A stretch of DNA of 64,000 nucleotides, taken from IMG/VR virus record IMGVR_UViG_3300023296_000994; one strand, written 5' to 3'. This document shows positions 48,175 to 56,576 of the stretch, piece after piece (position 1 is the first letter of the stretch; the number at the start of each line of letters is the position of its first letter). The translations under genes and the position numbers were made by a program. This stretch comes from a virus. The notes under the pieces are model-generated. The model was not told the origin of the DNA. It saw nothing but the letters and a program-made list of their open reading frames with translations, and made no database searches.

Positions 48175-48463
48175 TACGAAATTCTTTAAGTTCTATACAT
48201 TTTTCGTAGTCTTCAATTCGTTCGAAATGAATGATAGCGTTATCTACCATATCAACCCAATCGCTTTTAAATAATTTTACATCATATGTATCTTCACTTC
48301 CGTTGTCAATAATGGCATAATGAATAACATCGATATCATTCGTAATATTTTCTTTGATTGCTGATATAATTTCATCAAATACGTTTGATTTGTTATCATC
48401 ATCATCTGTATCAAAATACGATTTCATATCGTCGATACTTTTAAAAGTAATTGTTTTAAACAT
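48161..48463 (-). CDS. small protein with UVR-like motif
   Basis: HFERIEDYEKCIELKE. Confidence 0.5.
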   Translation of the reverse strand: MFKTITFKSIDDMKSYFDTDDDDNKSNVFDEIISAIKENITNDIDVIHYAIIDNGSEDTYDVKLFKSDWVDMVDNAIIHFERIEDYEKCIELKEFRSEVC

Positions 48464-48656
48464 AGTATGCTAATTTAAGTGTTGTAATTATAAGTATAGG
48501 AATGAATAGCCAGAAGGCATGCCACATCCCACACACATTAAATTTAGTTGAAAATTTTGGCATATCCATATGGAGTAGCCAAAATCTTTTAGACCTATTA
48601 TAGTAAATGATAAGTAGACCTACGTATGGAATCCAAGGAAGGATTTTATGATTCAA
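48456..48656 (-). CDS. small membrane protein
   Basis: Two hydrophobic segments. Confidence 0.45.
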   Translation of the reverse strand: MNHKILPWIPYVGLLIIYYNRSKRFWLLHMDMPKFSTKFNVCGMWHAFWLFIPILIITTLKLAYYV

Positions 48657-49686
48657 CTTTATCCATTTCTTTAAAGAAAATTGTACGGGCTTGGTTAGAA
48701 ACCTCTTTTGCCACTTGTGTCCATTCTAATCCGTTGGCCCGTAACACATCAATTTCTTCTTTAATAATATCGTTGGCCACCCATCGGAGTACATCAGGTG
48801 TATTTCGTTTTTCAGTTGCACCCGTTTCATGGATAGCCTGTAATACACGATTGGACGTACATGCATATGAAACAAATTCATAAATAGAATTTAATACTTC
48901 TGGGTCAGCACTGGCCAGCTTCTTAACTTTAGACGTACTGTGCTTTTCACCTTTTACTTTGAAAATATATCGTTCGCCTTCCCAAAATGTTGTCCATACG
49001 ATACCTTCACCAATTCCGTTTTCAATTCCATGTGCTAACGTTACAGGACATTCAGCCTCAACAGCTTCAGTCAATTCAATCAACTTGTTTTGTGATAAGC
49101 CTGGCTTATTAAAGTCAATTTCGATTTTGAATGTTGGGAAACTATAGATACTGAAAACAGAATCATTAGGAGGAAAACAAATATCAGAAATATCTATCCA
49201 TGTAGTTTCATCGTTCATTGTATCAGCCACACGTAGCCCAAAGATATAAAATGCTTTTGGTACTTGAGAAATACCTACGCCTTTTTGTACACCTTCCCCG
49301 GCCCATTCACCGTATAGTGTAATATATTGTGTAGTAGCGATTGCCGGATTTGATGCTGTAACTGTATCCCAATACGTTGACATTAAATTTTCAAAGTAAA
49401 CACTATGCGTATAATTTACAAATTCATTAAATCCAAAATGGCCACCTTCAGACGGATTTAACGTATTACTACGTGACTGTGCTTGAAGTCCGATTTGAGG
49501 GCACCACCGAATACCAGCATTAGTACCATGTAATTTCACAGTACCAGTAAAAGTTAACGTAGGTTTAGTAGATGACTCGTAAATCGGGTCGCCATCGGCA
49601 TCCCTACCTTTGTAGTCAGCCCGTGACGTAATTGTTCGAACTACATCTTTGAATTGACCTGTGTCTCCGTATTTATTGAATTTCAT
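48646..49686 (-). CDS. RNA ligase (Rnl2 family)
   Basis: Motif I VKLHGTN, YGEW.G, FYIFG, GEGIVW, FKVK. Confidence 0.85.
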   Translation of the reverse strand: MKFNKYGDTGQFKDVVRTITSRADYKGRDADGDPIYESSTKPTLTFTGTVKLHGTNAGIRWCPQIGLQAQSRSNTLNPSEGGHFGFNEFVNYTHSVYFENLMSTYWDTVTASNPAIATTQYITLYGEWAGEGVQKGVGISQVPKAFYIFGLRVADTMNDETTWIDISDICFPPNDSVFSIYSFPTFKIEIDFNKPGLSQNKLIELTEAVEAECPVTLAHGIENGIGEGIVWTTFWEGERYIFKVKGEKHSTSKVKKLASADPEVLNSIYEFVSYACTSNRVLQAIHETGATEKRNTPDVLRWVANDIIKEEIDVLRANGLEWTQVAKEVSNQARTIFFKEMDKVES

Positions 49687-49707
49687 TATAGTTACGTATT
49701 AATTTTG

Positions 49708-49784
49708 TACTCCAGGTGGGACTCGAACCCACGTGTGACCAGCTACCCTTTCTACAAGATATAAGCTTGAGGGGATACAGGAGC
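49708..49784 (-). tRNA. atypical tRNA-like RNA, anticodon UAU (Ile), no canonical D-arm
   Basis: Acceptor GCTCCTG/CTGGAGT-A, perfect T-arm GTGGG-TTCGAGT-CCCAC, CAAG-CTTATAT-CTTG arm. Confidence 0.7.
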
Positions 49785-49808
49785 ATGTAATTTGTGTTAT
49801 CATCACCA

Positions 49809-49865
49809 ACAATACTAAGATACGTCATTGACCTGATATAGCCAAATTATTTGGTAACTTTAACA
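49809..49865 (-). promoter_or_regulatory. repeated early promoter, copy 1
   Basis: TGTTAAAGTT..TTTG-N20-TATCTTAG-TATTGT. Confidence 0.8.
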
Positions 49866-49871
49866 AATCTT

Positions 49872-50468
49872 TTATTTTATCAAATGAGCATTAGCTTCTC
49901 TGATACCTGAATTGGTTACATATACACAGTCGGGATAAAATTCTTCAATATTTGGTGCACCACAATATGATAGTGCAGATCGTAATCCATCCAATATATC
50001 ACTTATAATGTATTTAACTCCGCCCTTATATGGTATTAATGCTGATTCACCTTCTACGTTACGTACAACACCGCTGGTGGCTGTTTTAACTTCAGCGGAA
50101 GCCGAACCCCTATATCGCTTGTATAGTCCGGTGTCGGTCTGTACAATCGTCCCCGGTGATTCTTCGGTTCCGGCTAACATAGAACCTAACATAACACACT
50201 GAGCACCGACAGCGAGCGCCTTAGCTATGTCACCACTTGACCTAATGCCACCATCAGCCATAATTGGAACGCCGGGAGCCACCGTAGATATTTCATCTAT
50301 ACATGTTACGTTGGGTACTCCGAATCCGGTTTTGATTCTTGTTGTACATAAAGAATTATGGACAATCGTTCCATTTATGTTGTATGTAAAATTATCATCT
50401 ACTGCCAAATCAAAAACTTGTCCAGAATATGATTTTTTTTCAATTTTATTTATTCTTTTTAGTTTCAT
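49872..50468 (-). CDS. guaB: split intein C-part (38 aa) fused to IMPDH/GMP reductase C-half
   Basis: VFDLAV..YNINGTIVHN|SLCTTR; IMADGGI..SGDIAKALA.GA, YRGSAS. Confidence 0.92.
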   Translation of the reverse strand: MKLKRINKIEKKSYSGQVFDLAVDDNFTYNINGTIVHNSLCTTRIKTGFGVPNVTCIDEISTVAPGVPIMADGGIRSSGDIAKALAVGAQCVMLGSMLAGTEESPGTIVQTDTGLYKRYRGSASAEVKTATSGVVRNVEGESALIPYKGGVKYIISDILDGLRSALSYCGAPNIEEFYPDCVYVTNSGIREANAHLIK

Positions 50469-51319
50469 AAAGTTTTTAATTTGTTTTTGAATTTTCCATT
50501 ATTAATTTCGTCTTCCCATATTCTAATTAACTTAAACCCACGAGATATAGCCCATTCTTCTTTTTCTTTATCTCTTTTTTGTTTAGATAACTGTATTTCA
50601 TTGAGAACTTTCTTTCCACCCGAACCATCTAAGTTATACATATTCGGATTCCCGTGCCAATAATCACCATCAACTTCAATTAATATTCTTTTTTTTCTGA
50701 TGATAAAATCATACTGATATGATGCCAATATTGCTGAGTAATCAAAATGTATATTCAACGACTTTAGATAATCATATATAATAGTTTCTATCTTATTCAT
50801 CTTACAATTCATGAATTGTGACTTATGAGATTCCCTGGCTGCCTTTGCTTTTTCCCTACGATACCCAATTGGGTCTTTTTTCATTCTGTTTTTCTCTCTT
50901 ATAGATGCTCTTTTACTCCAATCGTCGCGAGTATTATCATCCATAGTTTCCCAATATACTCGGAGTTTTTCTTTAATAGTAATCATTGTTTTCTTTGTAT
51001 GAGTTTTTCCATAGAAACCATTATTTTCACCCGATACCAATTCACTCATATTTTTACGATATTCATCCGACTTCACAATACTATCATGCTTATCTTTAAC
51101 TTTTGGACTATACATTGGATTTTTATATTTCATTACACAATTTTTACATTCATACTTTTTTTCAAAAACCGATTTATCATACCATTTTCTTGAAATAAAT
51201 TTATTGCAAGAAATACACTTAATTTTGTACCCATCTTTAAGTGTATTTCTAGGCATGGCATCCGTAATTACTAAATCATTAACTAAAATTTCATTAATCA
51301 TATTTATACATTTTATCAA
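50465..51319 (-). CDS. free-standing Vsr/DUF559-like homing endonuclease
   Basis: YDF..ILIEVDGDYWHGNP..RDKEK..GFKLIRIWE; NUMOD3 FYGKTHTKKT; exact start uncertain. Confidence 0.85.
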   Translation of the reverse strand: MIKCINMINEILVNDLVITDAMPRNTLKDGYKIKCISCNKFISRKWYDKSVFEKKYECKNCVMKYKNPMYSPKVKDKHDSIVKSDEYRKNMSELVSGENNGFYGKTHTKKTMITIKEKLRVYWETMDDNTRDDWSKRASIREKNRMKKDPIGYRREKAKAARESHKSQFMNCKMNKIETIIYDYLKSLNIHFDYSAILASYQYDFIIRKKRILIEVDGDYWHGNPNMYNLDGSGGKKVLNEIQLSKQKRDKEKEEWAISRGFKLIRIWEDEINNGKFKNKLKTL

Positions 51320-51321
51320 AG

Positions 51322-51351
51322 GGAATCACCACCGATTCCTATATATAAATA
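51322..51351 (-). promoter_or_regulatory. late promoter and RNA hairpin ahead of endonuclease
   Basis: TATTTATA (51351..51344) then GGAATC-GGTGGT-GATTCC. Confidence 0.55.
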
Positions 51352-51366
51352 TCATATAAATAAATT

Positions 51367-52290
51367 TTAATCTAATTCTATCAAAAAATATTCACCCGTC
51401 AAATCTTCTGCTTTAACCCATTCGGCATAATCGTGAATGTTATCATCCGTAACTAAATCAGTTTTACTTTGATGAACAACATAGAATTTATGATTAGCAG
51501 TTGCTTCAATACCATCTATATCATATACTTCATCAAAATTACCATATTCAAATTTATTGATAACAGGTTTCAGTTCACCTGTATGAGTATATACTTCATC
51601 ACCTATTTCAACATCTTTAATTTTCTTCAATCCATCAGATGTTTTAACTTTCATATTAGGCGTAAAACAGCCTCCGCCGATACCAACTCGAATACCATCA
51701 ACTCCGTATTTAATAAGACGCTCGGCTGCTTGTGGTGTGGCAACATTACCAGCTATAACATCAACGTGCCCAAATTCATCTGTTTCTTTAATCCATTTAA
51801 TCATGGCATGTACCTTTACATGATCTCCGTGTGCAACGTCAATTAAAATGACATTTACGCCAGCAGCGATTAAATCTGATGTTCGTTTTTTATCATCAAT
51901 CGAAATACCAATAGCTGCCATTACCGGAGGCTTTATATCAATCATTTCACTGGATGGACCTGAAGTATAATGATTCGTGTATCTATGAAACCTCCAAATT
52001 TTAGATGGGTTATGTACTATGTAATCAACTACCTTTATTACTTCATTACATTGCTTTTCAATAGACATAAATCTATGAATACATCCAACACCACCAACTT
52101 TATATAATTCGATTGCCATAACTGAATCACATACTGTATCCATAGGTGACGCTACAATTGGAATTGCTAAATTATATCTCCGACTTAACTTGGTAGATAA
52201 ATCCACATCTTTCCTACTATTAATTTCCGAATACGATGGTACAAGTTGAATGTCATCGTATGTTAAATAAGGTGTTCTATTGATATCCAT
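51367..52290 (-). CDS. guaB: IMPDH/GMP reductase N-half (no CBS domains) with split intein N-part (100 aa)
   Basis: LTYDD, SPMDTV, IHRF, IDVAHG, AGNVAT, RVGIGGG|CFTPN..ATANHKFY..AEDL. Confidence 0.92.
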   Translation of the reverse strand: MDINRTPYLTYDDIQLVPSYSEINSRKDVDLSTKLSRRYNLAIPIVASPMDTVCDSVMAIELYKVGGVGCIHRFMSIEKQCNEVIKVVDYIVHNPSKIWRFHRYTNHYTSGPSSEMIDIKPPVMAAIGISIDDKKRTSDLIAAGVNVILIDVAHGDHVKVHAMIKWIKETDEFGHVDVIAGNVATPQAAERLIKYGVDGIRVGIGGGCFTPNMKVKTSDGLKKIKDVEIGDEVYTHTGELKPVINKFEYGNFDEVYDIDGIEATANHKFYVVHQSKTDLVTDDNIHDYAEWVKAEDLTGEYFLIELD

Positions 52291-52506
52291 TTAATAAAGT
52301 TTAAATCCTGATTTTGTATTACCTATCAATATTGCTATTAACAATCCAATCACACCCAATATACTGCCATATGCCATAGCAGCTATAACATCTTTTGTAT
52401 AATAATAATGCGCGCCACCAATATCTGAATTCTGCAAGTGTGCTAGATTAAATCCGTAGGATATAAATCCTCCGATTATATGTAATATGATGTATGCTAT
52501 TAACAT
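52291..52506 (-). CDS. small membrane protein
   Basis: Two hydrophobic helices. Confidence 0.45.
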   Translation of the reverse strand: MLIAYIILHIIGGFISYGFNLAHLQNSDIGGAHYYYTKDVIAAMAYGSILGVIGLLIAILIGNTKSGFKLY

Positions 52507-52721
52507 TTTAAGGTTTGATTGTTATTTCTAATACGTGTAGTTTCGTATTTACTTTTGATAACGCAGAACTTTTCAGAAATTTAGCCTTAGCCCTATCCAA
52601 TGAAATAGCTTTCAATGTAAGGATGGGATTTTTAAAAGTCTTTCCATTTCTTAACTTTTTTCTAAATTCGAATTTCAAAATTTTTTCTTTTTTGGTAACT
52701 TTAACATTCTTTAAATTTATG

Positions 52722-52807
52722 TACCCCAGACGGGATTCGAACCCGTACGGCCCTTACGGGCCAAGGGATTTTAAGTCCCTCATGGCTACCAGTTTCATCA
52801 CCGGGGC
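52722..52807 (-). tRNA. tRNA-Leu(UAA)
   Basis: GCCCCGG acceptor, AGGGA-CTTAAAA-TCCCT, long variable arm, GGTTCGAATCC. Confidence 0.93.
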
Positions 52808-52812
52808 AGCGA

Positions 52813-53154
52813 TTACTTTTCTATACTTGTCAAATATTCTTCATAGGTTCCGCCCTTTACACCACCATGACCATCTGAACGGGTTTGCCAATCTTGAAAG
52901 CTTGACTGATGGTTATTTAATCGTTCATAAAGATTAAGTTCATCCACTTCTATGGCGATAAAGCCAAAGTTAGTAGTCAAATTATCAAATGTAAAGTGAC
53001 TTCTAGCATTCGGCCGAAGGCCGTTGGAATCCACGATATTCCTTATAAGATAGGAACGATAGCAATTATTACTTTCGTCCACTTCAAAGATATGAAAGTC
53101 TCTTGTTCTAACTAAGTATTTAGACATATTATAATCATTCAATAACCTTGACAA
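52813..53154 (-). CDS. hypothetical protein
   Basis: 113-aa ORF; true start may be the MSKYL codon. Confidence 0.45.
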   Translation of the reverse strand: MSRLLNDYNMSKYLVRTRDFHIFEVDESNNCYRSYLIRNIVDSNGLRPNARSHFTFDNLTTNFGFIAIEVDELNLYERLNNHQSSFQDWQTRSDGHGGVKGGTYEEYLTSIEK

Positions 53155-53338
53155 TTCGAGTCGAAGCCGCTGATTTTACTTCCCATTCATGGGGATATGT
53201 TTCGAATTCCTTTGTAGTTTTTGCTTCCGCATCGGTAACAGATATAGCAGAAACAAGATATGATTCTACACCTGTTTTTACTTTTCCATTATCGGTTTCA
53301 AATTCTACTTTTACTTTCACTAAATAAAATGCTTCCAT
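53135..53338 (-). CDS. DUF4494-like protein (Bacteroidota family)
   Basis: YLVKVK..NGKVK..ESYLVSA.SVTDAEAK..I..V. Confidence 0.65.
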   Translation of the reverse strand: MEAFYLVKVKVEFETDNGKVKTGVESYLVSAISVTDAEAKTTKEFETYPHEWEVKSAASTRIVKVIE

Positions 53339-53366
53339 AGTTAATTGTTTTTATGGTTTAAATTAG

Positions 53367-53454
53367 CGGAGGGAGTGAGATTCGAACTCACGATACGCTG
53401 TTAACGTACTACTTGTTTTCAAGACAAGTCCCTCGGGCCATCCGGACCCCCTCC
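53367..53454 (-). tRNA. tRNA-Ser(UGA)
   Basis: GGAGGGG/TCCCTCC-G, CTTGT-CTTGAAA-ACAAG, long variable arm, TTCGAAT T-loop. Confidence 0.85.
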
Positions 53455-53467
53455 GTGTTTATTTGTT

Positions 53468-53983
53468 TTACTTCCCAATCATTGACTTGAGCTGTTCAAT
53501 CTGCGCGACCCCATTTTCTCCGCCCCCTGCTGCGGCCCCTGCTGCGACCCATGCTACGTCCCGTGCTCCGGGCCCGCATAAGGCCCCTGCCACGACCCCT
53601 GCTGCGACCCCTGCTGCGGCCCCTGCATCGGCCCCTGCTGCGCGTGCTACGCAACGTGCTGCGACCCGTGCTGCGTCCCCTGCAGCGGCCATCTCATCGG
53701 CTGTTGCTTCGCCGTTGGCGTAACGCTCTGCCACATCACACGCGCCGATGCTTCGCGGGTCTGGTTTGTCGACTAGCTTTAGTGCTTCGTGGAAGCACCA
53801 AACGGCGAACAGGCGGAGGGTTTTTGCGTCAATAAATTCCTCTCTTAGCACAACCCAGAGCCTATCGTTGGCGGGGCAACCGGCAATGTTTAGGATGTCA
53901 ACAACGGAGCCTTCCCAATCTTCGGGTAAGTATTTTCCGGGGTCATAACAAGGGGCGATGTCGCGGATGTCTTGGATAGTCAT
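53468..53983 (-). CDS. GC-rich protein with Ala-rich tetrapeptide repeats
   Basis: Start MTIQD at 53983 (the longer track ORF overlaps a tRNA); LRLFAVWC..DPRS..AERYANGEAT then AAG/AAR repeats. Confidence 0.7.
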   Translation of the reverse strand: MTIQDIRDIAPCYDPGKYLPEDWEGSVVDILNIAGCPANDRLWVVLREEFIDAKTLRLFAVWCFHEALKLVDKPDPRSIGACDVAERYANGEATADEMAAAGDAARVAARCVARAAGADAGAAAGVAAGVVAGALCGPGARDVAWVAAGAAAGGGENGVAQIEQLKSMIGK

Positions 53984-54015
53984 TGCTTTATGATTTTGTA
54001 TATTGATATTATCTG

Positions 54016-54101
54016 CGGAGGATATTGGATTCGAACCAATGGGCCCCTTTCGGGACCACAGTTTAGCAAACTGCTGCAATAGACCACTCTGCCAATCCTC
54101 C
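54016..54101 (-). tRNA. tRNA-Ser(GCU)
   Basis: GGAGGAT/ATCCTCC-G, GCAGT-TTGCTAA-ACTGT, variable arm, GGTTCGAATCC. Confidence 0.93.
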
Positions 54102-54143
54102 TGTTATGTACTATTCTTATTGTTATAAGTAGTGTGATTCTTA

Positions 54144-54530
54144 TTATTTGATGTTACTTTTGAAAATATCATTATAACATTCAATCCATTCCGATTCCTT
54201 TTTTCTTGCTGCCAATTCATACGGATTGTTCCAATACCCCACCAAATTATGATATCTGTAATACCATCCATGATTTTGTAGTGAGTGTGTATATTCGTGA
54301 ATTATGGCCGTAATTAATTTTTTTGGTGTATTCGATACGTTATACATTACTGTAATATTTCTATCAGTAAAGTCATATAGTGCGTAATCTTTTGTTTTTG
54401 GTTTTTTACAATAATCTATTTCAATTGATATGTCTGTAGTATATCCAGAATATGTCATCATACACCAATCTAATATTTGTGGTGCTAACATACATACCGT
54501 TTCTTTGTTGATACGTTTTGACGGTGCCAT
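54144..54530 (-). CDS. zincin-like metallopeptidase domain protein
   Basis: IIHEYTHSLQ..NPYELAAR. Confidence 0.65.
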   Translation of the reverse strand: MAPSKRINKETVCMLAPQILDWCMMTYSGYTTDISIEIDYCKKPKTKDYALYDFTDRNITVMYNVSNTPKKLITAIIHEYTHSLQNHGWYYRYHNLVGYWNNPYELAARKKESEWIECYNDIFKSNIK

Positions 54531-54539
54531 GTACGGTGT

Positions 54540-54737
54540 TTAATTAATGTGTTTTCGTGTATTTAGTTCATCTTTGATCGTAGCGCGGTGTTCACGTAGC
54601 TCATTCTGTAGACGATGAAATGTTGAATCCTTTCGTAATTCGAATTCAGATAAAATCTCCTTCGCACGAATGGCCTTATATAACGCCAGTAAACGTTTCG
54701 TATTTAACTTACGTAGTTCTTCGATTGTTTTTATCAT
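54540..54737 (-). CDS. small basic protein
   Basis: Likely start MIKTIEELRKLNTKRLLA at 54737. Confidence 0.45.
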   Translation of the reverse strand: MIKTIEELRKLNTKRLLALYKAIRAKEILSEFELRKDSTFHRLQNELREHRATIKDELNTRKHIN

Positions 54738-54738
54738 A

Positions 54739-55092
54739 CTATTTAACTTGTGTGTAAGGACGGTCCCACTTACCAATCGAAATCTGGATGTAATAGTTAG
54801 GGATATTTCCGTAATCACCATCAACACATACAGTGTAATTGTCTTTAGTAATAACGTCCTTGATTTTGTTCAAAACAGGAATCCATTCCGGGTGGTCACT
54901 GTAATTCGACTCGATATAATACGGATTAATTTGTTGCCCTTTGTGACTAGTCGGGTCATACAATGGACCATTCATGATAGAAACAGCAACCTGGCTGTAT
55001 CCTTCGGTTCGAACACTTAATTTCCAACCTGGAAACATCTTCTTAAGAGTTTGACGATATTCACGAACTTTATCAGTTGAAATGTAGGGCAT
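54739..55092 (-). CDS. LPD29-like (polyvalent-protein-associated) early protein
   Basis: R..LKK.FPGWKLSVR; first gene after an early promoter. Confidence 0.5.
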   Translation of the reverse strand: MPYISTDKVREYRQTLKKMFPGWKLSVRTEGYSQVAVSIMNGPLYDPTSHKGQQINPYYIESNYSDHPEWIPVLNKIKDVITKDNYTVCVDGDYGNIPNYYIQISIGKWDRPYTQVK

Positions 55093-55125
55093 CTTGGGTA
55101 TTGTTTGGTTGAATTATCACCGTCT

Positions 55126-55183
55126 TACAATACTAAGATACGGCGAAAACCTGATATCGCCAACTCTTTCTGAAACTTTAACA
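55126..55183 (-). promoter_or_regulatory. repeated early promoter, copy 2
   Basis: TGTTAAAGTTT-N8-GTTG-N20-TATCTTAG-TATTGT. Confidence 0.8.
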
Positions 55184-55204
55184 AATTTTTTTAACTATAC
55201 TTTA

Positions 55205-55615
55205 TTAAAAATCATTTTGTACGTCAAATGACGGACAAGCCTTATGGGAATCGAATTCGTTGTGGCCATGAACCTTAGCTGATGGATAGATGCCCATTAG
55301 ACCGTCTACAAGCGCTCTAAGAGCGATTATCTGTGACGGTGTACGTGTATCTTGGGCCTCACTTATATCGTCAGCGTCAGAGCCTCCTATATAGCATATA
55401 CCAATACTACCTGTATTGTGTCCTTTAACGTGGGCACCTGTCCTATCCAATGGACGCCCTACGTGTACCGAACCATCTAAGTATATTACATAGTGATATC
55501 CTATATCGGACCAACCTCTTTCGTTTACATGCCAGCTCCGAATTTCATCTACGGTTACATGTCTTCCAGCTGGCGTGGCCGAGCAATGGATGATTATTTT
55601 ACTTATATTTCTCAT
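55205..55615 (-). CDS. N-acetylmuramoyl-L-alanine amidase endolysin (T7 lysozyme-like)
   Basis: IIIHCSAT, GWSDIGYH, GAH..GHN..SIGICYIGG, GHNEF..KACP; late promoter at 55621-55628. Confidence 0.92.
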   Translation of the reverse strand: MRNISKIIIHCSATPAGRHVTVDEIRSWHVNERGWSDIGYHYVIYLDGSVHVGRPLDRTGAHVKGHNTGSIGICYIGGSDADDISEAQDTRTPSQIIALRALVDGLMGIYPSAKVHGHNEFDSHKACPSFDVQNDF

Positions 55616-55641
55616 ACAAGTATAAATATCACCAATGTAAT

Positions 55642-55932
55642 TTATCTACATCTATAGTGTCCCGCAACCCATCGTTGCCGTTGTAAATTCTTATGGCGGC
55701 CAGGAATCCACTTGTTACCGTATCGTGTACGGTTCCAATGGCCTGGTATCCAAATTTTCTTGATATGATAGTTGTAATGACCGGGAACCCACTTACAATT
55801 CTGATGCGTATTGTGTACGGGTTGGTGAGCCGGATTTGTTACAACCGCTCTGGTGGGCTGGGATGGTCGTTGGCCTGTGTATACAGTACATGAACTAACA
55901 GCCAAAACTAATGCTAATAATATGTATTTCAT
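55642..55932 (-). CDS. putative lipoprotein with WxxGHW repeats
   Basis: MKYILLALVLAVSSC signal; WVPGHY, WIPGHW, WIPGRH, WVAGHY. Confidence 0.55.
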   Translation of the reverse strand: MKYILLALVLAVSSCTVYTGQRPSQPTRAVVTNPAHQPVHNTHQNCKWVPGHYNYHIKKIWIPGHWNRTRYGNKWIPGRHKNLQRQRWVAGHYRCR

Positions 55933-55957
55933 AGTAGTATTTATTATACTTACTATA

Positions 55958-56182
55958 CTACAAACTTCGTACCACTTCATACGGAATGATAGCCACAATG
56001 TCATGGTCAATCATTGGATTACGCTTATTACGAAATGTATACCCATCATTGGTGCGTGATCCACGTCCCCGTATACCTTGTTCACCGGGCACCCATATAT
56101 ATTCTACTACGTGGTCCATATAATCCACTTCCGCCAGGCAATTGACGTATTTGAGCACGCCACCCAATGAGCTAATTAACAT
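55958..56182 (-). CDS. hypothetical early protein
   Basis: ORF after an early promoter; start may lie further upstream. Confidence 0.45.
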   Translation of the reverse strand: MLISSLGGVLKYVNCLAEVDYMDHVVEYIWVPGEQGIRGRGSRTNDGYTFRNKRNPMIDHDIVAIIPYEVVRSL

Positions 56183-56254
56183 ATCACCTGGTCGAGCGGT
56201 ATTTAAATCAATACGATTATAAAACTTGGTTCATGATATTCTATCAGTTTTTGC

Positions 56255-56313
56255 TACAGTACTAAGATACGCATAGTAATCCGTAAATACAAATTTCTTT
56301 CAAACTTTAACAT
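56255..56313 (-). promoter_or_regulatory. repeated early promoter, copy 3
   Basis: ATGTTAAAGTTT-N8-TTTG-N20-TATCTTAG-TACTGT. Confidence 0.8.
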
Positions 56314-56521
56314 ATAGAATTACTTGTATTAACAAGATATAGCTACTGATAATACTATCAGAACTATTAACATAACCATTTATACAATACATCATCAGAT
56401 ATATTACGCATCAGCCAAGATATGCCCCCCTTCCTTTGTGGTCATATAATTTGATTGAATGTCTAATAAATAAATTCATCTTTGTTGATTTGTATATAAA
56501 TATCAATTATATTATTTTTAT

Positions 56522-56553
56522 AAAAAAACCGGATGTAGTTTCCCACATCCGGC
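56522..56553 (-). terminator. rho-independent terminator
   Basis: CCGGATGT..ACATCCGG followed by T7. Confidence 0.85.
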
Positions 56554-56576
56554 TGTAACCCCAACATCATATATGA

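Noticed and set aside
53525-53690. DGR variable repeat
   Set aside because: No reverse transcriptase or template repeat in the window; repeats are tandem
53468-54079. 203-aa ORF as given in the track
   Set aside because: Its first 32 codons start inside tRNA-Ser(GCU); the real start is probably 53983
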